NCBI RefSeq assembly: GCF_036321535.1
Contig: NC_087437.1
Location: 117,368,001-117,432,000 of the forward strand
Source of the DNA: Camelus dromedarius
Taxonomy: Eukaryota
Direction: 5' to 3'
Length of the DNA stretch: 64,000 bases
The notes beneath the pieces were generated by a model. That model saw nothing but the letters and a program-made list of their open reading frames with translations. It made no database searches and was not told the DNA's origin. Shown here piece by piece: positions 12,361-26,094 of the stretch. Both the position numbers and the translations under genes were made by a program. How positions within the stretch are numbered: the stretch's first letter is position 1; every line of letters starts with the position of its first letter.

Positions 12361-13192
12361 CCACAATTCCTGTGCTGTTACGGGCCTGAAGTCACCGTTC
12401 ACCCCCGGTCCCTGTGGGCTGCATCCTGGCCCGTCTCAGACCCAGAACAGAGGTGGGAGGGTCAGGGAGGGGCTGCAGGGCTGTGTGTCGGGGGCGTGGA
12501 TGCCTGGCGGTGGGCAGAGCAGGGGACATCTTCTAAGGGTGGATGACCCTCCAGCCAGGCCTTGCCTTCCCTGCAATGACAACGTGGGGCTTTCCCTGGT
12601 TCCCTCAAAGGCCGGTCCTTTCCCACCTGCCACTCCTCTCCCAGACCCCACTCCCAGCATCGTCCCTTCCCCTACATCTGCAGCTCCAGTCACCCCCTCC
12701 TTTCTAGAACATTCTCACTGCACACAAACATGTTTTCATCTCCCACTCAAAGACGACTTTCTGGACCTCCCTCCTTTTCCAGTCCTGTCCCTTTTCTCTA
12801 CTTTCCCTTAGTATGAAAACGTCTCCAAAGAACAGCTTTCCTCGCCTCACCCATCCTCACCTGGCCTCCACATCGACAGTTCTGGTGGAGGCCCGCGTCC
12901 TCCATCCGGCAGGCACCTGCGATTGGCTGGAGCCCTCAGGGCCATCTGACATCGCTGAGCCCGCTGTCCTCCCTCGGGCTCCCCTCCCGAGGCTTCCAGG
13001 ACAGCACACTCGGCTGCATTCCCTCTCCTCACCTCACCTCTTGGCCTCTCCATCCTAGACTCCTTTGCTGATTTCACTTCTTCTTCCCAACCTTGCCAGC
13101 CAGCATTTGGAGCATCCCCGGGCCCAGACCTCAGACCTCAGACCTCTGCTCCATTGCTGCTTGCTCTGTCTGAGTCAAATGACCTCTTTCCA

Positions 13193-13450
13193 TGTGTCCT
13201 AGTCTGCTCGGCTGTAGGAACCAAACACCACAGACTAGACAACTTAAACCACGGAAATGTATTTGCTCTCCATTCTGGATGCTTAAAGTTCTAGATCAAG
13301 GTGTTGGCAACCTTGGTTCCTTCTCAGGCCTCTTGGCTTGTAGATGGTCATCTTCTCCCTGTGTCCTAATCTTTGTAAGGACACCTGCCATACTGGATTA
13401 GGGCTCATGCTGACAAACTCATTTTACCTTAAAGACCCAGTCTCCAGCTA
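13193..13450 (-). mobile_element. MaLR LTR fragment (MLT1-like)
   Basis: aaacaccacagactagacaacttaaacc...ttctggatgcttaaagttctagatcaaggtgttggca matches the MLT1/MST pattern. Confidence 0.8.
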
Positions 13451-14927
13451 GCAGATAACCTTGTTGGGTCCTGCTGAATCATGCCCTCTGCCCGTGACAG
13501 GCATGGACGCTGGGGGCCACAGCCCACAGAAGGAGGGAACGTCTTTCCTAGCTTTGGTGGTTCAGTCCCTGCAGAGCCCTCTGACTGTCTTCTTTGGCCA
13601 CAGGCCACGCCTGGGGCCAATCCGTGTTGCTGGGGAGGGGGGCGGAGGAGTTAGGAGGGGCCATGCCTGACCTGCGGCCCGTCCTTGTGGCCTTGAGGGG
13701 TTATAGACAGTGGCTGATACTGTCTCATCAGAACCACAGGGACTAGAGAGTGGGCTGCCTTGCCCTAAGGAAAGACCGCTACCTAGGCCAAGTAGGAGAG
13801 GCTGTCCACCACGGAGACCGTCAGGCAAAGGGCAGAAGCCAAAGGGGTAACGTTGTAGTAGAGAAACGGCAGAGCGCCTGGTGTGGGTCTGTCTTTGGGA
13901 GGAGATTGTCTCTTGCTCTTACCTCTTAAAAATTACTTCTTAAGTAGCCTCTACCTCTTCTGCCCATGAGTCCACGTCCTGAACAGCTTAAACGGTCCAC
14001 TAATCACAAGCATTCTCTACATGTTAGTAATTGACTTAACACATACTGTTTCATTTAATGCCTATTTGAAACGCTACTAGAATTACCCCACTTTACAACA
14101 GACAAAGTGACCTGCATTAGATTATTAAGAAGCCAAAGGAGAAGTGGACTGTGACAGCAGTAATTCCCTTCACACTGGCCTGAGTTTCTCTGTCCACATA
14201 GAGCAGTGACTGAACTCAGGAATGTCCCTGGCTGTGACGAAGGCCTCACACAGCTGTACTGTTCCATGACGCAGAGCTGTGAGGTAGGTGCAGGGAGTCG
14301 GCTAGGCAGAAAACCACAGAGGCGACACACCCAGTGCGGCCCTTAAGGTTCTAGGTGGTGCCAGTCTGCATGTTCGTGCCTCAGGGCTGATGTCCATGAA
14401 CCACGACAAAACACTCTTCTCATTAGGAGCCTGCGGCCACTCCCAGCTCTGGGGGGACAGATGTTTCTATTTGTTCTCTTGTTGTTTGAACAGCATCGTG
14501 GCCTTGAAGATTTTGGGGGAGGGTGCTGTCCTTTGTCAGTAGAGATGAAGATCGGAACTTAACAATTAGATTCCTGTTCAGGGATGAGAACCAGGCTGCA
14601 TCTACATTAAGACAGTCTTTTAATTGGTGCTTTTAGCAGTAATGCCTTTAGTAATGCTGCTCATCTCGGGTAAGAAGTCAAGAGTATCAGACAGGAGAGG
14701 GAACTTGGCGCTCCACAGGTCCAGCTTCCTTATTGTAGAGATGATGAAACTGAGTCAGGATCTGATGTCTACAGGAGACAACACCAGAACAAGGATTTCC
14801 TACTCATTTCACATTAAACCATAGCATGTAAGATCAAATATCAGATCCTGTAATGTGTAAGCAAAGACCACAAAGTTAAAACCATCCAACTCAGAGGCTC
14901 AGAAACTTTAAATAATTTGCCCAAGGC

Positions 14928-15157
14928 TGTCCTTGCTCAGGTTTCTGTAGCAAAAATACCATAGACTGGGTGACTTAAACAAGAGAAATTTATAGCTCAC
15001 AGCTCTGGTGGCTGGGATGTCCAAGATCAAGGTGCTGGCAGATTGAGCTCCTGGTGAGGCATGCTTCCTGGTTCTATCTTCACATGGTGGAGAGAGACAG
15101 AGAGGGCTTCAAAAGAAGAATCCGGGGGAAGGGGGCACAAACATTCAGTCCATAGCA
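14928..15157 (-). mobile_element. MaLR LTR, internally deleted (MLT1A/MST-like)
   Basis: aaaataccatagactgggtgacttaaacaagagaaatttatagctcacagctctgg...aaacattcagtccatagca. Confidence 0.8.
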
Positions 15158-15673
15158 AAGCTGGAAACTGATCCTGGAGTTCTAACTCCAACTGTAAAGC
15201 CTAGAATTCAAATTAGAGCCAGAGGTACACATTTTTAAAGCAAGTATATGCTTTGATTTCCAGCAGTTTACGACTGACAGTTGCTCCACATTAATTCATC
15301 AGATTTTTGTCTAATACTTACTGTGGGCCAGGGTTCCTGCCCTCTTGGAACTCCCTTTTTATTAAAGAAAATGGTTTGGAGACAGGCATTCCCAGTGCAG
15401 AGTGATAAGGGCTTTGGTGAGCTTCATGCTGGGTGCAGTGGGTGCACGGAGATGGGGTACCTGACATATTCTTGAGGGACCAGGAACGCTCTCCAGGGAA
15501 AGTGAAATCTAACCTGAGACTTGTGTAAGACCCAGCCTCATGGGAGGAGCAGGAGGGCTTCAGAGAGAAAAGCTATTGTGTGGAAAGGCTGGATGTGAGC
15601 AGGAGCGTGATGAATTGGGGAAAGAAATATTGTTCAACCCAGTAGAAGCAGAGTCCAAAGGGGTAAGACTGGC

Positions 15674-16048
15674 TGTGGACTGAATGGTTGTCCCCCCCAA
15701 CCTCCTGCCCAAATTCACAAGTCAAATCCCTAGTCCCCAACATGATGACATTTCGAGTTGGGACCTTTGGGAGGTGACTAGGTTGTGAGGGTGGAGCCCT
15801 CCTGATGCGATTAGTGCCTTTATCTGAAGAGACATAAGAGAGATCATCTCTCTCCACCATGTGAGGATACAGCAAGAAGCCCAAGAAGGCATTTGTCTGA
15901 AAAGCAGGAAAGAGAATCTCTCACCAGGAACCGAATCTGCTGCTGCTTTGATTTTGGACTTCAGCCCCCAAAACCGTGAGAAACACATCTGTTCTTTAAG
16001 CCACCCAGGCTGTGGTATGGTTATGGGAGCTCAAGCTGACGAAGACAA
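15674..16048 (+). mobile_element. MaLR LTR (MLT1A/B-like), near complete
   Basis: tgtggactgaatggttgtcccc...ttttggacttcagcccccaaaaccgtgagaa...gctgacgaagaca. Confidence 0.85.
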
Positions 16049-16090
16049 GGCTAGGTCATTTGGAGCCAGATGATGAATAACTTCACAAGA

Positions 16091-16690
16091 TGTGGTGGGA
16101 CACAATCCACAATGGTCCTCCAGGACCTCCCACCCAAATCTCCAGGACTGTGAATATGATGAGACAGTACATCCATGATTATGTTACATTACATGGAAAA
16201 AGGGGTTTTGCAGACACAGTTAAGGTTACTAATCATTGGCTTTGAGTTAATGAAAAGGGAGATTATCTGGGTGAGTCCAGTCTAATCAGACGAGCCCTTT
16301 AAAAGCAGAGAGTTTTTCCTGGCTGGTGGCAGAAGGAGATGTCAGAATGATGCCAAGATTGAGGGCAATACAACGTGCTGCTACTGGCTTAAGGATGGAG
16401 GCAGCCACTGTCAGGGAAGGTGGGCATCTTCAGCAAATGGCCAGAGTGGAAGTGGGACTTCGGTCCTACAGCTCTGAGGAACAGGACATGCCAACAACCT
16501 GGATGAACCTGGAAGTGGATTCTTTCCCAAAACTTTCAGATAAGGGCCCAGCCTGGCTGGCACCTTCACAATGATGTGAGGTCCTTAGCAGACCCCTGTC
16601 CAGCACATTCAGACTTCTTGCCTGCAGAGCTGTGAGATAATAAGTAGTGTGAGGTGATTTGTTACACAGCAACAGAGAACTCCTATTCAA
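16091..16690 (+). mobile_element. MaLR LTR (MLT1D/E-like)
   Basis: gaatatgatgag...ttatgttacattacatgg...gagattatctgggtgagtcc...gatttgttacacagcaacagagaac. Confidence 0.8.
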
Positions 16691-16753
16691 GCCAAGTTAA
16701 AAACAGTTAGACATTATCTGAAAAAGATGAAGACAGTATCTTTTAAAAGTCCA

Positions 16754-19700
16754 GAGAGGGGGCCAGGATGGAGTGGCAGACTGGATAATAAAGCAAGAAC
16801 CTTCAATAGGCTGCATACAAGAGACCCACTTTAGGGAGAAGGACACATATAGACTGAGAGGGAAAGGATGGAAAAGGATACTCCATGCAATTGAAAAGCC
16901 AAAAAAGCAGGTGTTGCAGTACTGATTTCAGACAAAATAGACTTTATAACAAAGGCCATAAAGAAAGGTAAAGAAGGACATTTTATAATGATTAAAGGAG
17001 TAATACAAGATGAGGATATTGCACTCGTTAACATACATGCACCCAATATAGGAGCACCTAAATACATAAAACAATTACTAACAGAGATAAAGGGGGATAT
17101 TGATGGGAATACAATCATAGCTGGAGATTTTAACACCACATTAACATCACTACACAGATCTTCCAGATAGAAGATAAATGAGGCAACAGAGAATCTAAAT
17201 AATACAATAGAAAAATTAGATTTGGTGGGTATTTTCAGAGCATTACACCCCCCCAAAATAGGATATACATTCTTTTCAAGTGCACATGGAACATTTTCTA
17301 GGGTTGATCATGTACTTGGGCACAAAAGAAACCTCAACAATTTTAAGAAGATAGAAATGATCTCAAGCATCTTTACTGACCACAATGCCATAAAACTAGA
17401 AGTCAACTACAGAGATACAAAAGATAAAAAAAGGAAAGCATGGAGATTAAACAACATGTTATTAAAAAAAAAAACCAATGGGTCAATGATGAAATCAAAG
17501 TCAAAATTAAAAAATACCTTGAGACAAATGAAAATGAAAACACAACCACAAAAAGGTTATGGGACGCAGCAAAGGCAGTGCTACGAGGGAAGTTTATAGC
17601 GATTCAGGCCTTCCTCAAAAAAGAACAACCTCAAATCAGCAATCTAACCCACCAGCTAAAAGAATTAGAAAAAGAAGAGCAAAAACCCCAAAAAGCAGCA
17701 GAAGGAAGGAAATAATAAAGATCAAGGAGGAAATAAATAAAATAGAGATTTAAAAAACAATAGAAAAAAATCAATCAAACCAAAAGACAGTTTTTTGAAA
17801 GAGTAAATAAAATCGACAAACCTCCGGCCAAACTCACAAGGAAGAAAAAAGAGAGAGAGCACAAGTAAGCAAAATAAGAAAGAAAAATGGAGAAAGTACA
17901 ACAAATAACATAGAAATACAAAATATCATATGAGAATATTACGAAAAACTTTATGGAACCAAAATGGATAACCTAGAGGAGATGGACAAGTTTTTGGAAA
18001 CATACAGTCCATCAAGACTGAACCAAGAAGAAACTGACCACTTAAACAAACCAATCACTAGAAATCAAATCAAATTAGCAATAAAAAAAACCTCCATACA
18101 AATAAAAGTCCAGGACCGGACGGCTTCACCGGGGAATTCTACCAAACTTACAAAGAACAACCCATAACAGTCCTTCTCAAACTCTTCCAGAAGATTGAAA
18201 AGGAGGGAATACTCCCAAACTCATTCTATGAAGCCACCATCACCCTGATACCAAAACCAGGCAAAGACCCTACAAAAAAAGAGAATTATAGGTCAATTAT
18301 CACTGATGAACATAGATGCAAAAATCCTCACCAAAATATTAGCAAATAGAGTCCAACAGCACATAAAGAGATTATACATCATGATCAAGTGGGGTTCATC
18401 CCAGGGACACAAGGGTGGTTAAACATACAGAAATCAGTCAGTGTAATACATCACATCAACAAGAGGGAGGATAAAACCACATGATCATCTCAATAGATGC
18501 AGAAAAAGCATTAGATAAAATTCAACACCCATTTATGATAAAAACTCTCACCAAAGTGGGTATAGAGGGACCACATCTCAACCTAATAAAAGCTATATAT
18601 GACAAACCTACAGCCAGCATAGTACTCAATGGTGAAAAACTCAAAAGCTTCCCACTAAAATCTGGGACAAGACAAGGCTGCCCTCTATCACCACTCTTAT
18701 TCAACATAGTCTTGGAAGTCCTAGCCATAGCAATCAGGCAAGAGAGAGAAATAAAAGGGATTCAAACTGGAAAAGAAGAGGTAAAAGTGTCACTATATGC
18801 CGATGACATGTTACTGTATATAGAAAACCCTAAAAGGTCCACACAAAAGCTACTAGAGCTGATTGAAGAATTCAGCAAGGTAGCAGGTTACAAGATTAAT
18901 GTTCAAAAATCAGTTGCATTTCTTTACACTAATGATGAATCAACAGAAAAAGAAAGTAAAGAAACAATCCCCTTTAAAATAGCACCTGAAGTAATAAGAT
19001 ACCTAGGAATAAATCTAACCAAGGAGGTGAAAGAATTACATACAGAAAACTATAAACCATTGATGAAGGAAATTAAAGAAGACTTTAAAAAATGGAAAGC
19101 TATCCCATGCTCCTGGATTGGAAGAATCAATATTGTTAAAATGGTCACACTGCCCAAGGCAATCTACAAATTTAATGCAATCCCTATCAAATTACCCAGG
19201 ACATATTTCACAGAACTAGAACAAAGCATTATAAAATTTATATGGAACCACAAAAGACTTAAAATTGCCAAAGCATTACTGAAGGAAAAGAAAGAGGCTG
19301 GAGGAATAACTCTCCCAGACTTCAGACAATACTATAGAGCTACAGTCATCAAGACAGCATGGTATTGGTACAAAAACAGACATATAGACCAACGGAACAG
19401 AATAGAGAGTCCAGAAATGAACCCACAAACTTCTGGTCAACTAATCTTCAACAAAAGAGGCAAGAATATACAATGGAATAAAGACAATCTCTTCAGCAAA
19501 TGCTGTTGGGAAAACTGGGCAGGAGAATGTAAATCAGTGAAGCTAGTACACTGCCTTACACCATACACAAAAATAAACTCAAAATGGATCAAAGGCTTAA
19601 ACATAAGACAAGATACAATAAACCTCTTAGAAGAAAATATAGGCAAAACATTATCTGACATACATCTCAAAAATGCTCTTCTAGGACAGTCTACCCAAGC

Positions 19701-20824
19701 AATAGAAATAAAGGCAAGAATAAACAAATAGGACCTAATTAAACTTACAAGCTTCTGCACAGCAAAGAAAACCATAAGTAAAATAAAACGACAACCTACG
19801 GAATGGGAGGACATTTTTGCAAATGAAACCGACAAATTCTTGATCTCCAGAATATACAAGCAGCTCATACGACTTAATAAGAAAAAACAAACAACCCAAT
19901 CCAAAAACGGGCAGAAGATCTAAACAAGCAATTCTCCCAGGAATAAATACAAATGATCAATAGGCACATGAAAAAAAGCTCAATATCACTAATTATCAGA
20001 GAAATGCAAATCAAAACTACAATGAGGTATCACCTCACACCAGTCAGAATGGCCATCATTCAAAAATCCACAAATGACAAATGCTGGAGAGGCTGTGGAG
20101 AAAGGGGAGCCCTCCTTCACTGCTGGTGGGGATGCAGTTTGGTACAGCCACTGTGGAAAACAGTAGGGAGATACCTCAAAAGACTAGGAATAGACTTACC
20201 ATATGACCCAGGAATCCCGCTCCTGGGCATATATCCAGAAGGAACCCTACTTCAAAATGACACCTGCACCCCAATGTTCACAGCAGCACTATTTACAATA
20301 GTCAAGACATGGAAACAGCCTAGATGTCCATCAACAGATGACTGGATAAAGAAGAAGTGGTATAATTATACAATGGAATACGATTCAGCCATAAAAACTG
20401 ACAACATAACGCCATTTGCAGCAGCATGGATGTTCCAGGAGAATGTCATTCTAAGTGAAGTAAGCCAGAAAGAGAAAGAAAAATACCTTATGGGATCGCT
20501 CATATGTGGAATCTAAAAAACAAAACAAAACAAAACATAAATACAAAACAGAAACAGACTCATAGACATAGAATACGAACTTGTGGTTGCCAAGGGGGCG
20601 GAGGGTTGGAAGGGATAGACTGGGATTTCAAAATGTAGAATAGATAAACAAGATGATACTGTATAGCACAGGGAAATACATACAAGATCTTATGGTAGCT
20701 CACGGAGGAAAAAAATGTGACAGTGAATATATGTATGTTCGTGTATAACTGAAAAATTGTGCTCTACACTAGAATTTGACACAACATTGTAAAATGACTA
20801 AACTCAATTAAAAAAGTTAAAAAA
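16754..20824 (+). mobile_element. Young L1 LINE covering almost all of ORF2 plus 3' UTR; disrupted by stops and frameshifts; no ORF1
   Basis: Endonuclease fragments (IAGDFNT, FSRVDH, TDHNAI), RT ORF 18481-19731 ([16 protein letters not shown]), C-terminal HCWW motif, A-rich tail. TSD AAAAGTCCA at 16745-16753 and 20825-20833, at a TT/AAAA site. Confidence 0.96.
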
Positions 20825-20934
20825 AAAAGTCCAAATGTATCCAACAAGAATTTCAGGAGGACTGAGAGAATGGAGGCGGGGCAGTATGAGTATTCTCAGA
20901 GAGAGGAAGAAACAAAAGAAGGAGATGATTATTT

Positions 20935-21422
20935 TGCTAAAACAAGGCCTCTGTACCCCACTTACTGAGTTGAGACTAAAGGACAGGGTTTTGGATGAGT
21001 CAGAAAAGGCAGCTTTGTTTCTCTGCCATGCAAAAGAGGTCACAGTGGGCTAATGCTTCTAAGACTGTGAGCCTGCTGGGGAGAGAAGGCAGGGATTTTT
21101 ACAGTAAAAGTGAAGAGTTCAAGGGTGGAGCTGGTTTCCATAGAGACCGCATACAGGGTAACAAATTACTGCAAAGTTGTTTCTGTTTTTGCAGATGCCA
21201 ACTTTCCCTTCCCTCTGCTGGGTATTAAGTTCAGTTCTGGCTTTAGGAGTCTCTTAATAGCCTTGTTTCTAGAACAAAGGATTCATAGGAAGGGACTCTG
21301 TGGAAAAGAGCTCTAGAGAGAAACTTGTGCAATTTAAAGTCAGGCTGATAAATGCTTTCAGCCTTTTAAGCAGGCTGAGGCCTGTAACCTCCTGCGGCAG
21401 GCTGAGGCCTACAGCTCCAACA
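20935..21422 (-). mobile_element. ERV1-type solo LTR
   Basis: TG...CA bounded ~490 bp with LTR-like text and a short internal duplication (gcaggctgaggcct x2). No clean TSD found. Confidence 0.6.
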
Positions 21423-22793
21423 ATAGGATATAAGGAAACCACAAGGGGTTAGGAGCAGGGCACTGGAGTCAGAAGCAGGGCACTGAGCATGATCCTTGCA
21501 CACAGCACCACAAGAGGGTTAGGTCGATGACAGAAACCCTTTAAACCAGTACACAGTTAAGCAGTTACAAAACCAGATTCTACAGGCCCTGCAAGCACTC
21601 AGCACACAGGGTGACGATCGAGCCCCACCAGCCACTGGGAGACACCAGCCACCAGGGTGTGTTTGAACACTCGGACAAAGAGAAGATCTCCAAAGCTCTG
21701 GAGAGAAAAAGAACACGTGTCAGAATTGTGCTGAATTTCTCAGTTTTACTCTCAGGGATTATTTCCAACCTAGACATTTTTACTTAGCCAAACTATCCAT
21801 GGGGCGTAAAAGTAGAACGAACACATTTTTGAACATATATGGGTGAAAGAAAGGACTTTTTGTGTTAAAAATTGAGATTTTACTACTAATAGAAGTAAAG
21901 AATCACTGCATGATGGACTTCAGGAAGAAGCCTAGAAAAGCACACACAATTAATAACTCATGCTGGTTGACATCTCTCAATCCCTACACAGATAAAGGGA
22001 GAAATAAGTGTCTCTTCTCCCTCTCGCACAGGAAGAACACTGATAAATACCGCCCTGCCTCAGGCTATGGGGTAAATCTTAACAAATGCCTGAAGAGTGA
22101 CTATCATGGGGACTGTATTTTCTGACCCCGGTGCAATATAAAAAAATGCCAAAAAGCCAGCCCCAAACCCCTCTTCCTTCCTCGCCATCACGTGTTTAGA
22201 AGCTGAAAAACATATCTCTAAAGAATTCATGTGCCAAAGGGGCCAAAACAGACATCACAAATGTAGAGGACTAAACACAAACTTACTTACCTACCACACT
22301 TTCGGGCCATGACTTGGGCTGCAGTTAGACGGTTGTGAAGCTCATTCAGAGCATGAGGGCGCCGGAGAGGGGGTCGGGACACTAAAAATCTGTGGAGCTG
22401 AGTGGCATACTCCCAGAGGAAGGGCTTTTTTTTCTGTTACAAATAAGAGCGCCAGCCACTTGCCAAGCTGTGCCCCCAGGAAGCAGAGAGGCACCTTTAA
22501 AAGTCTGCACAAAGGGGCCCTAAGGGCTAGTGGAGCCCTGAATGAGGCTGGCATGGTACAGGGAAGCCAAGTTGTAACCCTGGAAGTGTTTGCTTAAAAA
22601 GAGAGTTTGGAAAGGCTCTAAACAGTCAGTACAAAAAAAATGCAATGAAATAATTGCAAAAAAAAAAAAAAAAAGTAATGATAAGAAAATAATAAGAGCA
22701 GAAACCTATAAAACGGAAATTAAACAATCAAATACGAAACAGAGATTTAAAAGCCTCAAACTGGTTCTTTGAAAGTACTTTCAAAAAGCGGTA

Positions 22794-22927
22794 TTTTTTT
22801 TGTTGTGTTTTTTTTGGGGGGGGTAATTAGGCTTATTTATTATTGTTATTTTTTAATGGAGGTCCTGGGGATTGAACCAGGACCTAATGCCAAGTAACAC
22901 TCTACCACTGAGCTATACTATTCCAGC
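22794..22927 (-). mobile_element. tRNA-derived SINE (camelid Vic-1-like)
   Basis: Reverse strand has an A box (tagctcagtggtagag), a B box (ggttcaatcccc), a cctaattacccc 3' extension and an A tail; imperfect TSD around aaag(c/a)ggtat. Confidence 0.85.
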
Positions 22928-23502
22928 CAAAGAGGTATATTTTTGGTATGAGGAATTAAGAAAAAAGGAGAGAAGCAACAGACAATATTAGGAGTTTTAA
23001 AGAGGAAATCCAATTATAGATTGAGTAGAAAGTGGAAAATTATAAGGGAGAGTATGAGCCAAAATATTGGAAAACATCTAAGAGCTGAGACAATTTTCTA
23101 GAAAAGCAATGACCAAAACTGGCCCAAGAAGAAACAGAACTACATCCACATGTAAGCACAACTTCATTATAAACACTGGATCGGTGGTCAATAAAAAGCT
23201 CAGGCATTTACAGGACATATTTTATCTTCCAAGATTCAATAACACCCATTGTATGCAAATTGTCCTAGAAAATAGAAAAAAGGACATCATTTTTCAATGA
23301 ATATTATGAGGCTTGTGTGACATCAATACTAAAACCAGGCAGGCCCAGTACAAGAGAGGGAAATTTTGGACCAATCTCACCTACAAAAATAGATGTAAAG
23401 ATCACGAATAATCTACTACTGAAATGAATGTTGCAGTATCTTAAAAAATATGATAGTATTGTTTAAGATGAGAAATGGTAGGTGTAATTTACAGTAACAG
23501 GA

Positions 23503-23940
23503 TGTATTAGGGTGTAAGTTTGGCTCCTGGAACAGAGAGATCTAAAATAACAGCAACTTTAATAAGATAGAATTTCATGTCTTGAACAAAACTCTGGACA
23601 GGTGGTCTAGAGGCAGGGTGGTGACTTGTGATCAACAGTGACATAGACTCTGTTATTGCCTTGCCGCCTTGAACATGTGGCTGCCATCGTGTGGTCCATA
23701 TGGCCACTCCAGCCCCTGCCTTCGTGATATACTCTACGTAGAAAGAAGGGAGAATGGGCAAGCAGAGATCGTGCCTGCCTATCCCCTGGCCGCCCCCGCA
23801 ACCCTGAAGGGCAAGAAGTGGAAATCACCCACACTTCTTCAAATCACAGCTCATAAGCCAGAACTAATTCATGTGGCCATGTCTACCTGCAAGGGATTTG
23901 GGGAAAGCATTGAGTAGGCATGTGTCCCCCTGAAATTTTA
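23503..23940 (-). mobile_element. Old MaLR LTR (MLT1J/K-like)
   Basis: tgtattagggtgtaagtttggct...aaaataacagcaactttaataagatagaa...agaactaattcatgtggccatgtctacctgcaaggg. Confidence 0.7.
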
Positions 23941-24064
23941 CCACTGTGGAAGAAAAAAAGAACAGATAATAAGGGAAATCTAGCTGTCTCTGCCCCAAAG
24001 AGAGGAAAAAAAAGATTCTCTTATTGAATGCAGAGAAAACATTTAACAAAATTAAATCCCTTTT

Positions 24065-24535
24065 GTTATCAGTCAGTGTTCTCCAGATACGCAGAAAAAG
24101 TATATATTTCTACTCAAGTTTATATATTAACAGAGTGCATGTGTGTGTATGTGTGTATATACATACACACACAAACAGATTTATTTCAAGCAGTTGGCTT
24201 AGGTGATTGTGGAGGCTGGCAAGTCTGAAATCTGTAGGCAGGTCAGCAGACTGGAAACTCTCAGACAAGAGCTGACGTTGCAGTCTTGAGGCAGAAATTC
24301 TTTTCTAGGAAACTTCAGTATGCTCTTAAAGTCTTCAACTGATTAGATGAGGCCCACCCTCATCCAATTGGCGAGTACTTCATTGCGGTGTAATCTGCTT
24401 TACTTAAAGTCAACTGATTGTAGAGGCTGACCACATCTACAAAATATCTCCACTGCCACATCTCAATTAGTGTTTGACTGGATAACTGGGGACTCCAGCC
24501 TAGCTGAGTTGACTTTTACCAAACTAACCATCATA
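24065..24535 (-). mobile_element. ERVL LTR (MLT2-like)
   Basis: gtgattgtggaggctggcaagtctgaaatctgtagg...aatctgctttacttaaagtcaactgattgtag...aactaaccatcata. Confidence 0.85.
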
Positions 24536-24669
24536 CCACTCATGCAAAAAAAAAAAAAAAAGGAAAAAGCAAGTAAATTAGGCTTTGAAAGTATTTCCTT
24601 AACCTGATAAAGGCAAATGCAGCCCATATTGGTTATGTTTTACATCTCAATATTTGTGCATATTTTTAG

Positions 24670-25135
24670 GCTGCCCAGCATCTGCATCTCCTTGGTACAT
24701 TTGGGAATCCACCTTTCCGTGAATGTCAGTGAGAGTCTAGCCCCATTTACTACTCTAGAAACCCAAAAGGCCAGATCCCACCCCAACTCCTCCCCAGCCA
24801 CTCTGTCTTTAAGTCTTGCTGATTGGATGGTCTACCAGTGACCTTGATCTGGAATGGGTTCCACAAAGAAGCAGCGCTAGCTAGGGACTGTCTCTGGTGG
24901 CAGCGGCAGAAGCATCTGGCCAGTGTCCTCACCAGGCTGCTCTTGGAAATTTCCCTGGGCCCTGGGTTTCCACCTGGCTTCTTTGGTTCATGCTTGTTCC
25001 CTAAGTCTGCTTTTTTCCTGCCTTCTTATTGATTCTGTCAGAAGCATGATACCTCTTTGTCGCTGTGGCTTTTGTGATCAGTTTAGCCTGAGTCAGTTTC
25101 TGCTGTTTGTAACCATAGACTCTAATTGGTATACA
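24670..25135 (+). mobile_element. Old ERVL-class LTR (LTR16/LTR33-like)
   Basis: Ends with gtttagcctgagtcagtttctgctgtttgtaaccatagactctaattggtataca, typical of old ERVL LTR 3' ends. Confidence 0.55.
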
Positions 25136-25189
25136 CAGAAAGCTTACGGCGGAAATCAAACTTAATGGTGAAATGTTAGAACATCTTTT

Positions 25190-25403
25190 AGAGTGGTGTT
25201 TCTGGACTGGAACAGAGGCAATATTGCTTCCTGGGGGACACTTGGCAATGGCTGGAGGTTTTTCTTGTCCCAGCCTGGAGGAGCAGTGTGCAGGTGGCGG
25301 GGAGGGCTCTGTCCCAGGGCATCCAGCATCCGGTGGGTGGAGGCCAGGGGTGGTGCTGCACGTCCTGCAGAGTCAACAGTGCTGAGAGGGAGAAACTCTG
25401 CTT
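25190..25403. mobile_element. MER20-like hAT-Charlie DNA transposon
   Basis: gggggacacttggcaatggctggagg...gcatccggtgggtggaggccaggg...gtcaacagtgctgagagggagaaactctg. Confidence 0.85.
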
Positions 25404-26094
25404 TACAGTAAGAACCAAGACAGGGAGCTTTGCTTTCAGTGTTTCTATTCAGTGTCATATTGGAGAATGTAGAAAGCAAAGTAAAATAAGTGAAAAAGAG
25501 ATAGAAGGACTGCAAAGGGAAAAATGTTTATCTGCTGATGATATGATCTAATACCTGAAGATAACATCAGAAACTAGCAAAACCATAAACAGCTCATCAC
25601 TGCTGCTGGATATAAGATCGACACGTGTAAGTCAATAACATGCCAACAACAACCACTTAAAAAGGAATAATAGTACTTCTCTGGGCTAGTTTGCAACTTC
25701 TTGTGAATATACAGTTATATCAAAATAAAAAGTTTTGAAAGCTAATTTCAAAAATTCCTTTAGTAACAGCAACAAGAAGTATATGATATTTCAGATTAAT
25801 TTAGCAAAAGTATGTAAGAAGTTTATGAAGAAAATTACATATCTTAAATGAGGAACAAAATAAGAATTAAATAAGAGACATATCATATTCATATTTGGAA
25901 AAATCCAATGGGGGAGGATGTCATTTCTTTAAAAATTCCTCTATACATTCAATGCAGTGCCAACAAAAACCCCAGCAAGGTTTTTTTTTCTATAGAACTT
26001 GACACACTGACCATATGGAAGAGCAAAGGGCCAAATATGTAAACTCTGGGTTGTGTGTGCCTAGGTGTGTGCCAATTTAAAAAAGTTACAAGCA

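Larger units (their letters stand above)
21700..26040 (+). mobile_element. Ancient, fragmented L1 (L1M-type ORF2) interrupted by several younger elements
   Basis: Decayed ORF2-like tracts at ~21900-22300, 22600-23460, 24000-24070, 24570-24640 and 25400-26040 (e.g. gaatgcagagaaaacatttaacaaaatt, ttatctgctgatgatatgat). Confidence 0.7.

Noticed and set aside
1657..16700. Numerous 60-150 aa ORFs downstream of B3GALT5
   Set aside because: No recognisable domains; they overlap on both strands, many use non-ATG starts or lie in repeats, as expected by chance in GC-rich DNA.
18481..19731. 416-aa reverse transcriptase ORF as a functional or novel RT gene
   Set aside because: It is an internal fragment of L1 ORF2; neighbouring parts have stops and frameshifts and ORF1 is absent.
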